A stretch of DNA of 64,000 nucleotides from an uncultured Bifidobacteriaceae bacterium (GCA_964449815.1 CAYVGC010000006.1:8817-72816); one strand, 5' to 3'; counted from the first letter of the stretch, positions 36,938-47,229 are shown. The notes: generated from the letters alone by a model not told the origin. Made by a program: numbers and translations.

Positions 36938-38193
36938 TTTTTTTCTTGGTAAGCATGGTCGGCGGGAATGTCCACCCCAGACCAGATTTTTTTCTGCGTC
37001 CACGGCTCGGCCGGCGCAGTCCAAAACGGATCGTCCGCCGGCAAGCCGAGTTGCAGCATTCCGCACAGGCAGAGGTAAAGACTACCGGTGGAAATATAAT
37101 TTTCACGGATGTTCGGCTGATGGCCGACCGCGCCGACTTGCAGCCAGCCTTGCGCGTCGAACGTTTCCGGTGCCTCAATCATGCGGCGGATGACGGCGGT
37201 GAGCGCGCCGCGCACGGCGGCGGGTTTTAATTCGGGTGGCAGTTCGCGTTGCAATGCCACGTCCGCGAGCAATTGAAACGCGCCAAAACGATACGCGCTG
37301 GAACGGCCGATGACCGGAAAAGTTCCTTCTGGCGAAATCAGCCGTTCCTGCACGACGGCGTAACGCCGCGCCCGCGCCAGAATTTTCGGATACGAATCGC
37401 CGAGCGGTTTTTTTTCCCCCGCGCAGACGCGCAGGACTTCGAGCAGCATCGGCTGGATGACGTAGCTGTTGTAATAATCCCAGTGATATTCCGCACCGTC
37501 GCCGTAGGAGCCGTCGCCGACATACCATTGCTCGTGACGCTGGACGGCGTATTCGATGGGCTTCAAATCGCATTCACCGGTAAATCGCCAGAGTGCGGCT
37601 TCAATCGTCGCGGAAAACAGGAGCCAATTATTTTCGCCGGGTTTGATGACGCGGGAAGATTTCAGCGCGGCGACAACGTTGCTGCGCTGCTGCGAATCCA
37701 GCTTGCCCCAAAGTTGATTCGGCGCTCGCAACAGGCCGAGCGCAAGAAACGCCGTGTCCACGACTGGCTGGCCGCCTTTGCTGAAATTCATGAAATCCGG
37801 TGAATGCGGATCGGTCGCGTTGGCAAGCGATTGGATCGTGAGATCAATGAAATGTGCGCGCACCTTTCCCTCGACTGAATCGTCCGGGCCGAGTTCCAGC
37901 CACGGCGCGATGCCGGCGAGCGTGCGGCCGAATGCTTCCAGCGGCGCAAAATTGGTGCGGGTGCGTTCCCAATCGTGCGCGGGAATGGAGGTTTTCAATT
38001 TTCCCTCAGCCAGCGCCGACAATACCGGCTCGGCGATGCGCGTAAGCGTTTCAACCTGGAAAGCGCGGTCGTCCGCGCCGGTTTGCGCGGGGCAGGCGGC
38101 CGCAAAAAAGATTGCCGCCGACGCCGCGCAAAATTTCGCCGGAACATTTTTCAAAAACGCGGCAGGCTGGAGGCTGGGCGGGCGAAAATTCAT
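36934..38193 (-). CDS. DUF2264-domain protein
   Basis: Overall pattern (ATDPHSPDFMNFSKGGQPVVDTAFLALGLL..., YVGDGSYGDG...) recalled as DUF2264, a family common in glycan-utilisation loci. Start chosen at 38193. Confidence 0.55.
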   Translation of the reverse strand: MNFRPPSLQPAAFLKNVPAKFCAASAAIFFAAACPAQTGADDRAFQVETLTRIAEPVLSALAEGKLKTSIPAHDWERTRTNFAPLEAFGRTLAGIAPWLELGPDDSVEGKVRAHFIDLTIQSLANATDPHSPDFMNFSKGGQPVVDTAFLALGLLRAPNQLWGKLDSQQRSNVVAALKSSRVIKPGENNWLLFSATIEAALWRFTGECDLKPIEYAVQRHEQWYVGDGSYGDGAEYHWDYYNSYVIQPMLLEVLRVCAGEKKPLGDSYPKILARARRYAVVQERLISPEGTFPVIGRSSAYRFGAFQLLADVALQRELPPELKPAAVRGALTAVIRRMIEAPETFDAQGWLQVGAVGHQPNIRENYISTGSLYLCLCGMLQLGLPADDPFWTAPAEPWTQKKIWSGVDIPADHAYQEKK

Positions 38194-38209
38194 GGTGCGG
38201 GCCGGAAGA

Positions 38210-41107
38210 TTAGCGCACGAACGCGGCGCGGCGCAAGACCCGCCGGTCATCTGGCGGGTTTTCTTGAAGCAGTCGGACCGGGCCGAACAAACCGGCGGGC
38301 TCCAGCGGCGTTTTGGCCGTGAGCTTGCGGATGTTGGTGCGGGTAAAACGCTGGGCCGGCGGCAGGCTGGCGTCGCCGATGATGCGGTTCGGCCAGAAAT
38401 CTACGACCTCGATCTGCAATTTGTTTTCGCCGGGCTTGACCGCAGCCGTCACATCCGCGCGAAACGGCGGACACCACAAGGTGCCGCACGACTGGCCGTT
38501 CACTTTCACCTCGGCCAGTTCGCGCACGCCGCCGAGGTCGAGAAACAATTTTGATTCGTGATTCGTGATCCGTGATCCGGCTGACAGATCGAACGTCTTT
38601 TCATAAACCGCCGTGCCGGAATAAAATTTGATCCCGGCTTCGGGGCGCGTCGGCCAGCTCACGAGCGAATCAAATTGTGCGCTTTCCGGCCCGCCCCATT
38701 TCGGGTCGAAATGCACCGTCCACGCGCCGGAAATTTCCTGAACCGGGTTCAATTCGAGGCTGTTTGACTTGGCCGCCGCCGGATGCGCGACTGACGGTTC
38801 GCGGAAGACGACGAACCACGAGCCGCACGGGTCAAAATCCAGCGGCAAAAACGTGCGCCCGGCTTTCTCCTCGTAAGCGACGGCGAATTTGCGTTCACCG
38901 GTCACGGCATTCCAGAGCTCCGGCGCTTTGCCGGTCACACGGAACGCGACCGTCGCGCGCGCGGAAAGATTCGTGCGGCTGGCGACGAAATAAATTTCTG
39001 CGTCTCCGGTGGTGCGGTGGATGTAATCGAAGTCGCCGCTGTCCGCCTGGAATTCGCAATCGGGGGCGACGCCGTCGGCCCGCAACATTTCCCGCGCCGT
39101 TTTGCCGGTGATGACGCGGCCCCTGCCGGATTTGCCGTCCCACAATTCGCCGGCGATTTTTTGCACCTCGGCATCCGTGGCGGCAATATTTTCCAGCGTT
39201 TCGCCGCGCGCCGGTCTGGGGCCGATGACGGTGGCGCCGGCGTTCACGAGTTCGAAAATTTTCTGCAGCACCGGCAGTGAAATCACGTCGCGGCCGGGCA
39301 GCACGAGCACGCGATAATTCATGCCGTCGGGCAGAAAAATTTTTCCGTCGTGAACGCTCGCATGTTCGATCAGCGCTTCGGCGGTGATGACATCGTAATC
39401 ATAGCCGGGTTCGCAATGCGCCGGGTCGGAGCGTTTGTATTGCGTGAAATTCGGGACGTGGTCGCCGTAATAATACAAAACGTCGGCGCTGAAATTCCCC
39501 TGTTGCAACAAAAACTGGCAGCGGTCAAGGTAGCTGAAGAAGGGCGCGGATTTTTCCCACCACGTCACTTTGGGATTCAAATGCGTGCCGGCAAAGTATT
39601 GCTGGCCGGGAATGCCCGTCTCGTCCGGCGAACAGACAAAGGCGTGCCAGACGAGCACATTCAACCCTTCGCACAGCGCCTTGTCGAACGCCGGCTTGAG
39701 GTTGGACCAAATGGACTCCTGCCAGTGCGGCCCGATGTCGGTGAAACCTTCTGCAAAAACAAATTTGCGGCCGCAGGTGTGCGCGGCGCTCGCGGGCTGC
39801 TTGACGAAAAAACGGTTCGCGTCGCCGATGCGATGTTCCCATGACCACGCCCAGAACTCGCTCATCGGCGCGTCGTCCCAGCCGAGGCAGCGCTGCGCGT
39901 CAATCGGCACGGCGTGCGGCCCGCCGCTTTCTGGGTGGATGCCGATGCCGTGCTGGTGCGCATTGTCGCGGAACAGCCGGTAGTGGTTGTCAATCGCCAG
40001 GTCGCCGAGCGTCTTGCGATAATCAAAAAGAAAACGGTCGCTCTCTTCGCGGCTGTTGACGATGCGTCCGGCCAGCACCGGCAGCCACGGCAGCAGATCG
40101 TAGCCGTGACGTTTTTGAAATTCCCCGCGCAGCGTCGGCGTCCAGTTGGCCAGTTCGATTTCCCAACTGTCGGTGTGCAGATACTTCAAAGTTTTTCCGG
40201 CGAGCGGCCCGGCGTCGGCGATCAGCGGCTCGACGATTTGGTTCCAGTAATTTTGAAATGCGGTGGCGCTGTAAACGTCAATCGCATAGCCGCCCCAGCC
40301 GTCGCTGCTGGTTGAAACATAGGAATGATCGCCAATCGTGCAACCAAACCGGAGGATTTGCCATTCGCCGGCGGGCGCGGCCCAGCGCAGCACGCCGTCA
40401 CGGTCGAGCTTTGCACTCAAGTCCGAAACATCCGCCGCGTCGGCGTCCTGCTCGCCGGCCGTGGCGGGAATTTCCGCGAACAGCGGCGACGAATCCGGCG
40501 TGGAAAACGGCTCCAGCGAGGCCTGCAACGCCTTCTGCTTCCAGTTTTGCAGCGGCGCGTGGACGGGAGAATTTTTGATGCGATAGGCGACGACGGCGGT
40601 GTCGCGGTAGAAATTGTCGCGCGCCTTTGGTTGCGACAGTCTGATCACAAGATTTGTGCCGCCAGTGATTTTTGTTTCCGACCAGACATATTTTTCCCCG
40701 GCATCTTCCTGGCTGACGACGTCCGGCGGGCCGCCGAGGTTCCAGCCGCTCTGGATGTTCAGGCTGATTTCAAGTCCGAGCCGGCTGGCTTCGCGGAGCG
40801 TGTGTTTGTATAGCTCACGCCACTCCGGCGTGAAAAAAGCCGGGCCGTGCGGCACGGGATCGTTGCCTTCCTGCGCCGCGCCGTTCGCGTCAAAAATCAC
40901 CGCTCCGCCAAAACCTTTGGCTTTCATCTGTTCGAGGTCGTGCGTGATGGAAGCCTTGGTGACATTGCCGTTGAGCCACCACCAGTAGGCGCGGAGGCGT
41001 GCTTCGTTCGGCGGATTTTCCCAGCCGGTTTCAAGGGTGGATTCCGCCCGCAAAAAAAACTGGCCCAAGCCAAGCAGCAGGCTGGCGCAAAAAAAAATTG
41101 TCTTCAT
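38210..41107 (-). CDS. Large secreted glycoside hydrolase, GH106-like (putative alpha-L-rhamnosidase family)
   Basis: N-terminal ENPPNEARLRAYWWWLNGNVTKASITHDLEQMKAKGFGG and a C-terminal galactose-binding-like LAEVKVNGQSCGTLWCPPFRADVT. Start moved to MKTIFFC at 41107. Confidence 0.55.
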   Translation of the reverse strand: MKTIFFCASLLLGLGQFFLRAESTLETGWENPPNEARLRAYWWWLNGNVTKASITHDLEQMKAKGFGGAVIFDANGAAQEGNDPVPHGPAFFTPEWRELYKHTLREASRLGLEISLNIQSGWNLGGPPDVVSQEDAGEKYVWSETKITGGTNLVIRLSQPKARDNFYRDTAVVAYRIKNSPVHAPLQNWKQKALQASLEPFSTPDSSPLFAEIPATAGEQDADAADVSDLSAKLDRDGVLRWAAPAGEWQILRFGCTIGDHSYVSTSSDGWGGYAIDVYSATAFQNYWNQIVEPLIADAGPLAGKTLKYLHTDSWEIELANWTPTLRGEFQKRHGYDLLPWLPVLAGRIVNSREESDRFLFDYRKTLGDLAIDNHYRLFRDNAHQHGIGIHPESGGPHAVPIDAQRCLGWDDAPMSEFWAWSWEHRIGDANRFFVKQPASAAHTCGRKFVFAEGFTDIGPHWQESIWSNLKPAFDKALCEGLNVLVWHAFVCSPDETGIPGQQYFAGTHLNPKVTWWEKSAPFFSYLDRCQFLLQQGNFSADVLYYYGDHVPNFTQYKRSDPAHCEPGYDYDVITAEALIEHASVHDGKIFLPDGMNYRVLVLPGRDVISLPVLQKIFELVNAGATVIGPRPARGETLENIAATDAEVQKIAGELWDGKSGRGRVITGKTAREMLRADGVAPDCEFQADSGDFDYIHRTTGDAEIYFVASRTNLSARATVAFRVTGKAPELWNAVTGERKFAVAYEEKAGRTFLPLDFDPCGSWFVVFREPSVAHPAAAKSNSLELNPVQEISGAWTVHFDPKWGGPESAQFDSLVSWPTRPEAGIKFYSGTAVYEKTFDLSAGSRITNHESKLFLDLGGVRELAEVKVNGQSCGTLWCPPFRADVTAAVKPGENKLQIEVVDFWPNRIIGDASLPPAQRFTRTNIRKLTAKTPLEPAGLFGPVRLLQENPPDDRRVLRRAAFVR

Positions 41108-41389
41108 GGGCGCGGTTTGATTGCCGCCAAGCCGTGCGCCCCGAAATGCGGCAAAAAAATTCGCGCGGCCAAACTGGCCGGCGGCGGGGGGCAGAAAAAC
41201 ATGGATGGCATGAGCGTGATAAATGGTGCGTCTGGATGTTGGCTGCCGCCGAAAATAGCGGACGGACGAAAATTTAACATCCCGTATTTGAGGGATGGAG
41301 GCCGGAGTTCGAGCGGAACCAGCCGGCTTGCGCTTGCCAAGCGGCGGCGGCTGTGAGAACAATTCGACATCACGTCCGCAACCATTCAC

Positions 41390-42844
41390 ATGTCCCGGCT
41401 CCAAAAGACATTCCGCCGCCGTTCGCCAGCGGGGCGGGCGGGACGCTGGGTGCGAAGGACGCTGCTGGCGCTCGCGCTGCTCCCGGCGCCGGTTTTCGGC
41501 GCGGACACTCCACCGGCCAGCACCAATTGGATTTTTGAGGCGACCAATCAGCTTGGCCAGTGGATCTGGGACACGAACACGCTGGACAAACAGACGTGCC
41601 GGTTTTGGAAGTCATTCGAAATTCCCCGCCATGCCAGAATTGCCGGCGCCATTTTGCGCATCACGGTGGACAATGGCTATTCGCTCTATCTGGACGGGCG
41701 TGAAATCGGGCGCGGAAGCGACTGGCGGACGGTGACGGAATACGATGTGACCCGGCTGTTAAATCCCGGACGTCACAGCCTCGCCGTCGAAGGTTTCAAC
41801 GACCGGCTGGAGGCGGGATTGATTTTTGGGTTTAACATCCAACTGGCGGACCAGCGCGTCATCGAAATCGTCTCGGATGATTCGTGGCTGGTTGTGCCCG
41901 GTTCGCTGCGCGGTTGGACCGGCCGGAAAACCGCCTTGCCAGACTGGCACCACGCCATTGTGTTCGGCGCGATTCATCATCATCCGTGGGAAAACTGGCC
42001 GTTTGGTCTCACCACCGAACCGGCCTTGCTGCCCATCACGGTGCATTTCTGGCAGGCCGGCTGGTTTCAACTTTCAGTGCTGGCGCTGCTGCTGCTGGCC
42101 ATCGGCGGCTGCGTCTGGCTCCGGACGCAGCTTTCGCTTCAGGCGCGTTCGCAACGGCTGCTGCAATCCGAACGCGTCCGCATCGCACGCGACATCCACG
42201 ACGACCTGGGCGCACAGCTCACCCAACTGGTGCTGCTCGGCGAGGTGGCGCAGCGCGAACAGCCGGAAAATTCATCGGTGCGCACGCAGTTCAACCAGAT
42301 TTGCACCCTAGCGCGCGAACTGTCGCACGGCATGGACGAGGTGGTCTGGGCGGTCAATGCCCGCCGCGACACCTTGCGCGATTTTGCGAGCTACGTCTGC
42401 AAATACGCGCAGGTTTTTTTGAACCCCACGCCCATCCGCTGCCGGCTGGATGTCGAGCCGGAACTGCCGGCCACCGTGTTTGACCTGCCGCTGCGGCGAA
42501 ATTTGTTTCTCGCGGTCAAGGAGGCGTTGAACAACGCGGCCAAGCATTCCGGCGCGGCGGAATTATTCCTGCGAATTTATCGGGCCGACCGGAAACTGGT
42601 CGTGACGGTCGAGGACGACGGCCGCGGGTTTGACCCCGCGCAGTCGGGCGGCGAACGCAACGGCATGGCCAACATGACCCAGCGCATGAATGAGATCAGC
42701 GGCGGCTGCGAATTGTTCAGCCGGCCCGGCGGCGGCTGCCGCGTGGTCTTCACCGTGCCGCTGGACCACCAAGCCCGACGCGGCTGGCTCAACTGGTTCC
42801 GTCGCCGGCCCGGAGCGGACGCGGCAACCACGCAAATTCAATGA
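41390..42844 (+). CDS. Sensor histidine kinase (HisKA_3/NarX type) with extracytoplasmic galactose-binding/rhamnosidase-N-like domain
   Basis: H-box RIARDIHDDLGAQLTQL and HATPase LAVKEALNNAAKHS...DDGRGF. The N-terminal RITVDNGYSLYLDGREIG...YDVTRLLNPGRHSLAV sits between a signal anchor and a TM helix. Confidence 0.8.
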   Translation: MSRLQKTFRRRSPAGRAGRWVRRTLLALALLPAPVFGADTPPASTNWIFEATNQLGQWIWDTNTLDKQTCRFWKSFEIPRHARIAGAILRITVDNGYSLYLDGREIGRGSDWRTVTEYDVTRLLNPGRHSLAVEGFNDRLEAGLIFGFNIQLADQRVIEIVSDDSWLVVPGSLRGWTGRKTALPDWHHAIVFGAIHHHPWENWPFGLTTEPALLPITVHFWQAGWFQLSVLALLLLAIGGCVWLRTQLSLQARSQRLLQSERVRIARDIHDDLGAQLTQLVLLGEVAQREQPENSSVRTQFNQICTLARELSHGMDEVVWAVNARRDTLRDFASYVCKYAQVFLNPTPIRCRLDVEPELPATVFDLPLRRNLFLAVKEALNNAAKHSGAAELFLRIYRADRKLVVTVEDDGRGFDPAQSGGERNGMANMTQRMNEISGGCELFSRPGGGCRVVFTVPLDHQARRGWLNWFRRRPGADAATTQIQ

Positions 42845-43503
42845 AGCAAATTATTTCCAGCCCGGCCGGAACGGCGGTCAGAGTGTTCCTGGTGGAAGAC
42901 AAGCCCGGCGTGCGCGACAGTTGGGTGAAACTCATCAACTCGCTGCCCGGCTTTGCCTGCGCGAACACCTGCGCGTCCGGCGAAGAGGCGCTGCGGCTCA
43001 TCCCGGCGGCGAATCCCGACGTGGTGCTGATGGATATTTTTCTGCCCCGCATGTCCGGCATCGAATGCACGGCGCGGTTGAAATTGCAGCTGCCGAAGCT
43101 GCAGATTCTGATTTTGACCGCCGTGGAGGACGATGAACTGGTTTTCATGGCGTTGGAGGCGGGCGCGGACGGCTACCTGCTCAAGCGCACCACGCCGGAA
43201 AATTTGCGCGGGGCCATGCTGGACGTGCTGGGCGGCGGCGCGCCGATGACGAGCGAAATCGCGCGGCGCGTGGTGGAATCTTTTCGCCGCGCGAGCAGGC
43301 ACCTGAAGCCCGCCATGCATCTGACCACGCGCGAAGAGGAGGTTTTGATCCTGCTTTCCAAGGGCTACTCGAACAAGGAAATCGCCAGCCAGCTTTCGAT
43401 TGGCACCGAAACGGTGGGCAGCCATCTCAAACACATCTACGAAAAAATGCACGTCCGCTCGCGCGCCGAGGCCGTGGCGCGCTACATGACGAGCAAGGCC
43501 TGA
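42841..43503 (+). CDS. Response regulator, NarL/LuxR family
   Basis: REC domain (VVLMDIFLPRMSG) plus LuxR HTH (LTTREEEVLILLSKGYSNKEIASQLSIGTETVGSHLKHIYEKM). The start overlaps the kinase stop. Confidence 0.9.
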   Translation: MKQIISSPAGTAVRVFLVEDKPGVRDSWVKLINSLPGFACANTCASGEEALRLIPAANPDVVLMDIFLPRMSGIECTARLKLQLPKLQILILTAVEDDELVFMALEAGADGYLLKRTTPENLRGAMLDVLGGGAPMTSEIARRVVESFRRASRHLKPAMHLTTREEEVLILLSKGYSNKEIASQLSIGTETVGSHLKHIYEKMHVRSRAEAVARYMTSKA

Positions 43504-43658
43504 CCGCCCCCCCCTGAAAAAGGTTTTCAGCGTTTCAGCCTTTAATCTGAGCTTTGCGCTTTTCAAAAAGTTGTCCGCGCCGGGAGAGCCTTCCTCGCGC
43601 CAGCCAGGCTGGTTCAACACCGCTCGACAAAGCGTTTTGCCCGCGCCATCCTGACGGC

Positions 43659-44273
43659 ATGGCATTTGAAATGGAATCCGCCTCGCCGCTGGACTCGCTC
43701 TGGCAAGAATACGCCCGCGTCTTCCTCGACTGGGACGACCTCACGCTCGGCCGCTGGCTCGCGCAGACGCTCGGCCAGTTCGAAGGCCGCGCGTGGCGGC
43801 TCTCGCATCCGCTCGTCGGCGCGTATCGCCTCGCGGCCAAGATCGCGCACGACCGCCAGATCTGGCACAAGCGCCTCGCCACGGCGCCCGCCGCCTACGC
43901 GGAATCGCCGTGCTGCCGCGCGCCGTTCCTGCCGCTGCTCACGCGCGACGTGCGCACCGAGGGCCTCATCTGCGAGCATTGCAACGAAATCCTCGTGCCG
44001 TTCGACGAAATCCCCGCCGAGCTGCGCGATCCGCTCGCCGCCTGGGCGCAGCAATACGAGCCGGTTCACGCCGTCGCGCACTGGGACGACCGCCAGCGCA
44101 AGCGCGCGGTAAATTATGATGACGCCTTCGAGCAGGCGGCGAGGCAGGCGGAACAATTGCTGACTCTCGCCGGCCGCGAATTCGCGCCGAAGCTGCTGGA
44201 TGCCTATGCCGCCGTGATTTGGGAGGATCAGGACGAATGTCTGGAAGTGCGGCCCGAAGACGTGGCGGTGTGA
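43659..44273 (+). CDS. Hypothetical protein with CC...CxxC putative zinc ribbon
   Basis: Coding-like ORF with no family recognised. Start chosen at MAFEMES. Confidence 0.4.
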   Translation: MAFEMESASPLDSLWQEYARVFLDWDDLTLGRWLAQTLGQFEGRAWRLSHPLVGAYRLAAKIAHDRQIWHKRLATAPAAYAESPCCRAPFLPLLTRDVRTEGLICEHCNEILVPFDEIPAELRDPLAAWAQQYEPVHAVAHWDDRQRKRAVNYDDAFEQAARQAEQLLTLAGREFAPKLLDAYAAVIWEDQDECLEVRPEDVAV

Positions 44274-44363
44274 TGGAATTTGCGATTTCGGATTCGCGAT
44301 TTACAAATCCGTTCACCAGTTGGACATGCCGCGCAAATCGTATATCGTAAGCCGAAAATTGTG

Positions 44364-45032
44364 ATGAAGTTCATTTTCAAATGGCTGCTGCGGCTGGTCG
44401 TGCTGGCCGTCGTGCTGGCCGTGGTTTTGTTCCTGTCGCTCGACTCCATTTTGCGCGTCGTGATCCAGCACAACATCCGCGCGCAGACCGGCATGGAGGC
44501 GGAGATCGGGAAATTCCATTTCGGCCTCACCCAGCCCGTGGTGGAAATCAAAGACCTCCAGCTTTTCAATTCGGCGGAGTTCGGCGGCACGCCGTTTTTG
44601 AACCTTCCCGAAATCCACGTCGAATACGACCGCGCCGCGCTGGCAAAACGTGAGATTCACCTCACGCTGCTGCGCTTCAACCTCGGCGAACTCGACATCG
44701 TGAAAAACGAGGCCGGCCAGACGAACCTGTTCGCGCTGGGCATGGCCGTGCCCATGCAAAAAAACATCACCACCAGCCAGGGGCTGGATGAAATCAAAAA
44801 ACGAACCGGCCTGGATTTCAAGGGCATTGACGTGCTGAACGTCTCCGTCGGCACGGCAAAATACATTGATCTCCAGAACCCCAAAAACAACCGCGGACAA
44901 AAAATCGGGATTGAAAACCAGGTCATCAAAAATGTGCGGACGCCCGCCGACCTCGCAGGACTGGCCGTGCTGGTCGCCTTGCGCAGCGGCGATTTCTTCG
45001 GTTCACTGGTTGCGCCAGCAGGCTTGAAGTGA
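44364..45032 (+). CDS. Hypothetical membrane-anchored protein (AsmA/DUF748-like N-terminus)
   Basis: N-terminal TM helix MKFIFKWLLRLVVLAVVLAVVLFL, then a beta-rich region. Confidence 0.45.
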   Translation: MKFIFKWLLRLVVLAVVLAVVLFLSLDSILRVVIQHNIRAQTGMEAEIGKFHFGLTQPVVEIKDLQLFNSAEFGGTPFLNLPEIHVEYDRAALAKREIHLTLLRFNLGELDIVKNEAGQTNLFALGMAVPMQKNITTSQGLDEIKKRTGLDFKGIDVLNVSVGTAKYIDLQNPKNNRGQKIGIENQVIKNVRTPADLAGLAVLVALRSGDFFGSLVAPAGLK

Positions 45033-45085
45033 CCCCTGCGGAGTTTTGACTTTTTCGAGTGTGGATTTTTTCCTAATCTCGCCGC

Positions 45086-46162
45086 GTGCATCGTGACCTC
45101 CTCAAATCCGTTTCGCGCCTCGTCGTGAAATTCGGCACCGGCGTCCTCACCGACAGCCGGAAGCTGATTGATCCGGCGCAATTGGAGCAGCTCGTCGCGC
45201 AAATCGCCGCGCTGAAAAAGGCCGGCAAGGAAATCGTGCTGGTGACTTCGGGCGCCGTTGGCGCGGGCATGGGCGCGCTCGGCTATGAATCGCGCCCCAC
45301 CGACCTCGCGGAAAAACAGGCCTGCGCCGCCGTCGGCCAGTCGCGGCTCATGACGGCCTACGACAAACTTTTTGCCGCGCATGGACTCGTGGTCGCGCAG
45401 GTGCTGCTGACGCACGACGACCTCGAACATCACGAGCGCCATCTCAACGCGCGCAACACGCTCGTCACGTTGCTCCATCGCGGCGTCGTGCCCATCATCA
45501 ACGAAAACGACGCGGTGTCGTTCACTGAAATCAAATTCGGCGACAATGACAAGCTGTCCGCGCTGGTCGCGTCGCTGCTGCCGGCGGATTTGCTGGTGAT
45601 TTTGACGACGGTGGACGGCGTGATCGAAAATTTCGGGAAGAAAAATCCCAAAACGCTTTCGGTCATCGAAAAGGTTGATTCCACGATTGAAAAAATGGCC
45701 GGCGGCACGACCAGCGTGACAGCGGTGGGCGGAATGAAATCGAAAGTTGAGGCGGCGAAAATCGTCATGCGCTCCGGCATCCCGCTCGTCATCGCGTCCG
45801 GCAAAAAGAAAAGCGTGCTTATCAAAATTCTGGACGGCGCGGACGAGGGCACGCTCTTTGTGGCGCAGCCGAACAAGCTGCAAGGCCGCAAACGCTGGAT
45901 TGCATTTTTCCATCATCCGCAAGGAGCGCTGTTTGTGGACGACGGCGCGAAGAAGGCGTTGCGCGAAGCCGGCAAAAGCTTGCTGCCGCCCGGCGTTGCG
46001 CGCTGCGAAGGCGGATTCGCGGCGGGCGACGTGGTTCGCATCTGCGACCTGGACGGCATGGAATTCGCGCGCGGCATCGCCAAGTTCAGCGCCGAGGAAA
46101 TCCGCGCCAGAAAACTGGCGCGCGTCGAGCTGGTGCACCGCGACGATCTGGTGATTTTGTGA
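45086..46162 (+). CDS. proB: Glutamate 5-kinase (with PUA domain)
   Basis: VVKFGTGVLT...VLVTSGAVGAG...IINENDAVS...FGDNDKLSA. Confidence 0.92.
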   Translation: MHRDLLKSVSRLVVKFGTGVLTDSRKLIDPAQLEQLVAQIAALKKAGKEIVLVTSGAVGAGMGALGYESRPTDLAEKQACAAVGQSRLMTAYDKLFAAHGLVVAQVLLTHDDLEHHERHLNARNTLVTLLHRGVVPIINENDAVSFTEIKFGDNDKLSALVASLLPADLLVILTTVDGVIENFGKKNPKTLSVIEKVDSTIEKMAGGTTSVTAVGGMKSKVEAAKIVMRSGIPLVIASGKKKSVLIKILDGADEGTLFVAQPNKLQGRKRWIAFFHHPQGALFVDDGAKKALREAGKSLLPPGVARCEGGFAAGDVVRICDLDGMEFARGIAKFSAEEIRARKLARVELVHRDDLVIL

Positions 46163-46252
46163 ACCGCCAAGGCACAAGGAACACCAAATAAAAAATTCAA
46201 ACAGAAATCCTGGGGGAATTTGTGAACTTGGTGTCTCGGTGGTTAAATTAAA

Positions 46253-46912
46253 ATGAAAAAACAACCTGCGATAAACGATCTGCTCAAAGTCATGGCGCAA
46301 CTGCGTTCGCCAAAAGGCTGCCCGTGGGACCGCGAACAGTCGCACCTGACGCTGCGCCGCCACGCGATTGAGGAAGTCTATGAACTGATTGACGCCATCG
46401 AGGCACGCGACGATCACGAGATGGCCGAGGAACTGGGCGACCTGCTGTTGCAGGTGGTTTTCCACTGCCAGCTCGCGCGCGAGCGCGGCGCGTTTGATTT
46501 TGAAAAGGTCACGCGGCAGCTCGTGGACAAATTGATCCGCCGGCATCCGCACGTTTTCGGCACGACGAAAGTAAGAGACGTGGACGAGGTCTGGGCGAAC
46601 TGGGAAAAAATCAAGCGCGCGGAAAAACAAGGCACGCAGCGGGAACGCAAATCCGCCTTCGACGGGATTCCCCAATACCTGCCCGCGCTGCTCCGCGCCG
46701 AGAAGCTGGTAAAAAAGGCGCATAAGGCGAACGCGCTTCTGGACGGCCCGCCGCCGCGAAAACTCACGCAAGCCGGACTGGCAAAGGAGCTGTTTGCCCT
46801 CGCCTCGTTCGCGCAGTCGCGCGGCTGGTGCGCGGAGGAACTGCTGGCCGGTGAAATCAAAAAGCTGGAGCGGAAGTTGCGAAAGCAGGAAAGCTCGGTG
46901 AAATTCGCGTAG
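46253..46912 (+). CDS. mazG: Nucleoside triphosphate pyrophosphohydrolase MazG
   Basis: LRSPKGCPWDREQSHLTLRRHAIEEVYELIDAI...ELGDLLLQVVFH. Confidence 0.88.
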   Translation: MKKQPAINDLLKVMAQLRSPKGCPWDREQSHLTLRRHAIEEVYELIDAIEARDDHEMAEELGDLLLQVVFHCQLARERGAFDFEKVTRQLVDKLIRRHPHVFGTTKVRDVDEVWANWEKIKRAEKQGTQRERKSAFDGIPQYLPALLRAEKLVKKAHKANALLDGPPPRKLTQAGLAKELFALASFAQSRGWCAEELLAGEIKKLERKLRKQESSVKFA

Positions 46913-46925
46913 CCAATTCATTTTT

Positions 46926-47201
46926 ATGCGCAAACAAACCAAAACACCTTGGCCGTCTTTGAGCGCCTTGTGGTCGTTGTTTTGGCGAGCAGTGCTGCTG
47001 ACACCGTTTGCACTGATTGTCGGGGTCATTTGGCTGATGCTGATATTATTGCCATTCTGTGAAATTATTTACCTGATTAACCACGATTGGCTTTGGGCTT
47101 CGGTTTTGCCTCCCATATGGCTAGGGCTGTTCTTTTTAGTGCGTTCAAAACGGTTTAAGGCTGACCGCAGGGATTTTCCGAACGAACAGGAAAATATTTA
47201 A
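46926..47201 (+). CDS. Small hypothetical membrane protein
   Basis: 91 aa, two hydrophobic helices, visibly lower GC than its neighbours. Confidence 0.35.
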   Translation: MRKQTKTPWPSLSALWSLFWRAVLLTPFALIVGVIWLMLILLPFCEIIYLINHDWLWASVLPPIWLGLFFLVRSKRFKADRRDFPNEQENI

Positions 47202-47229
47202 GCCGGCCGGCTTTGCTGAAAATCAGGCA

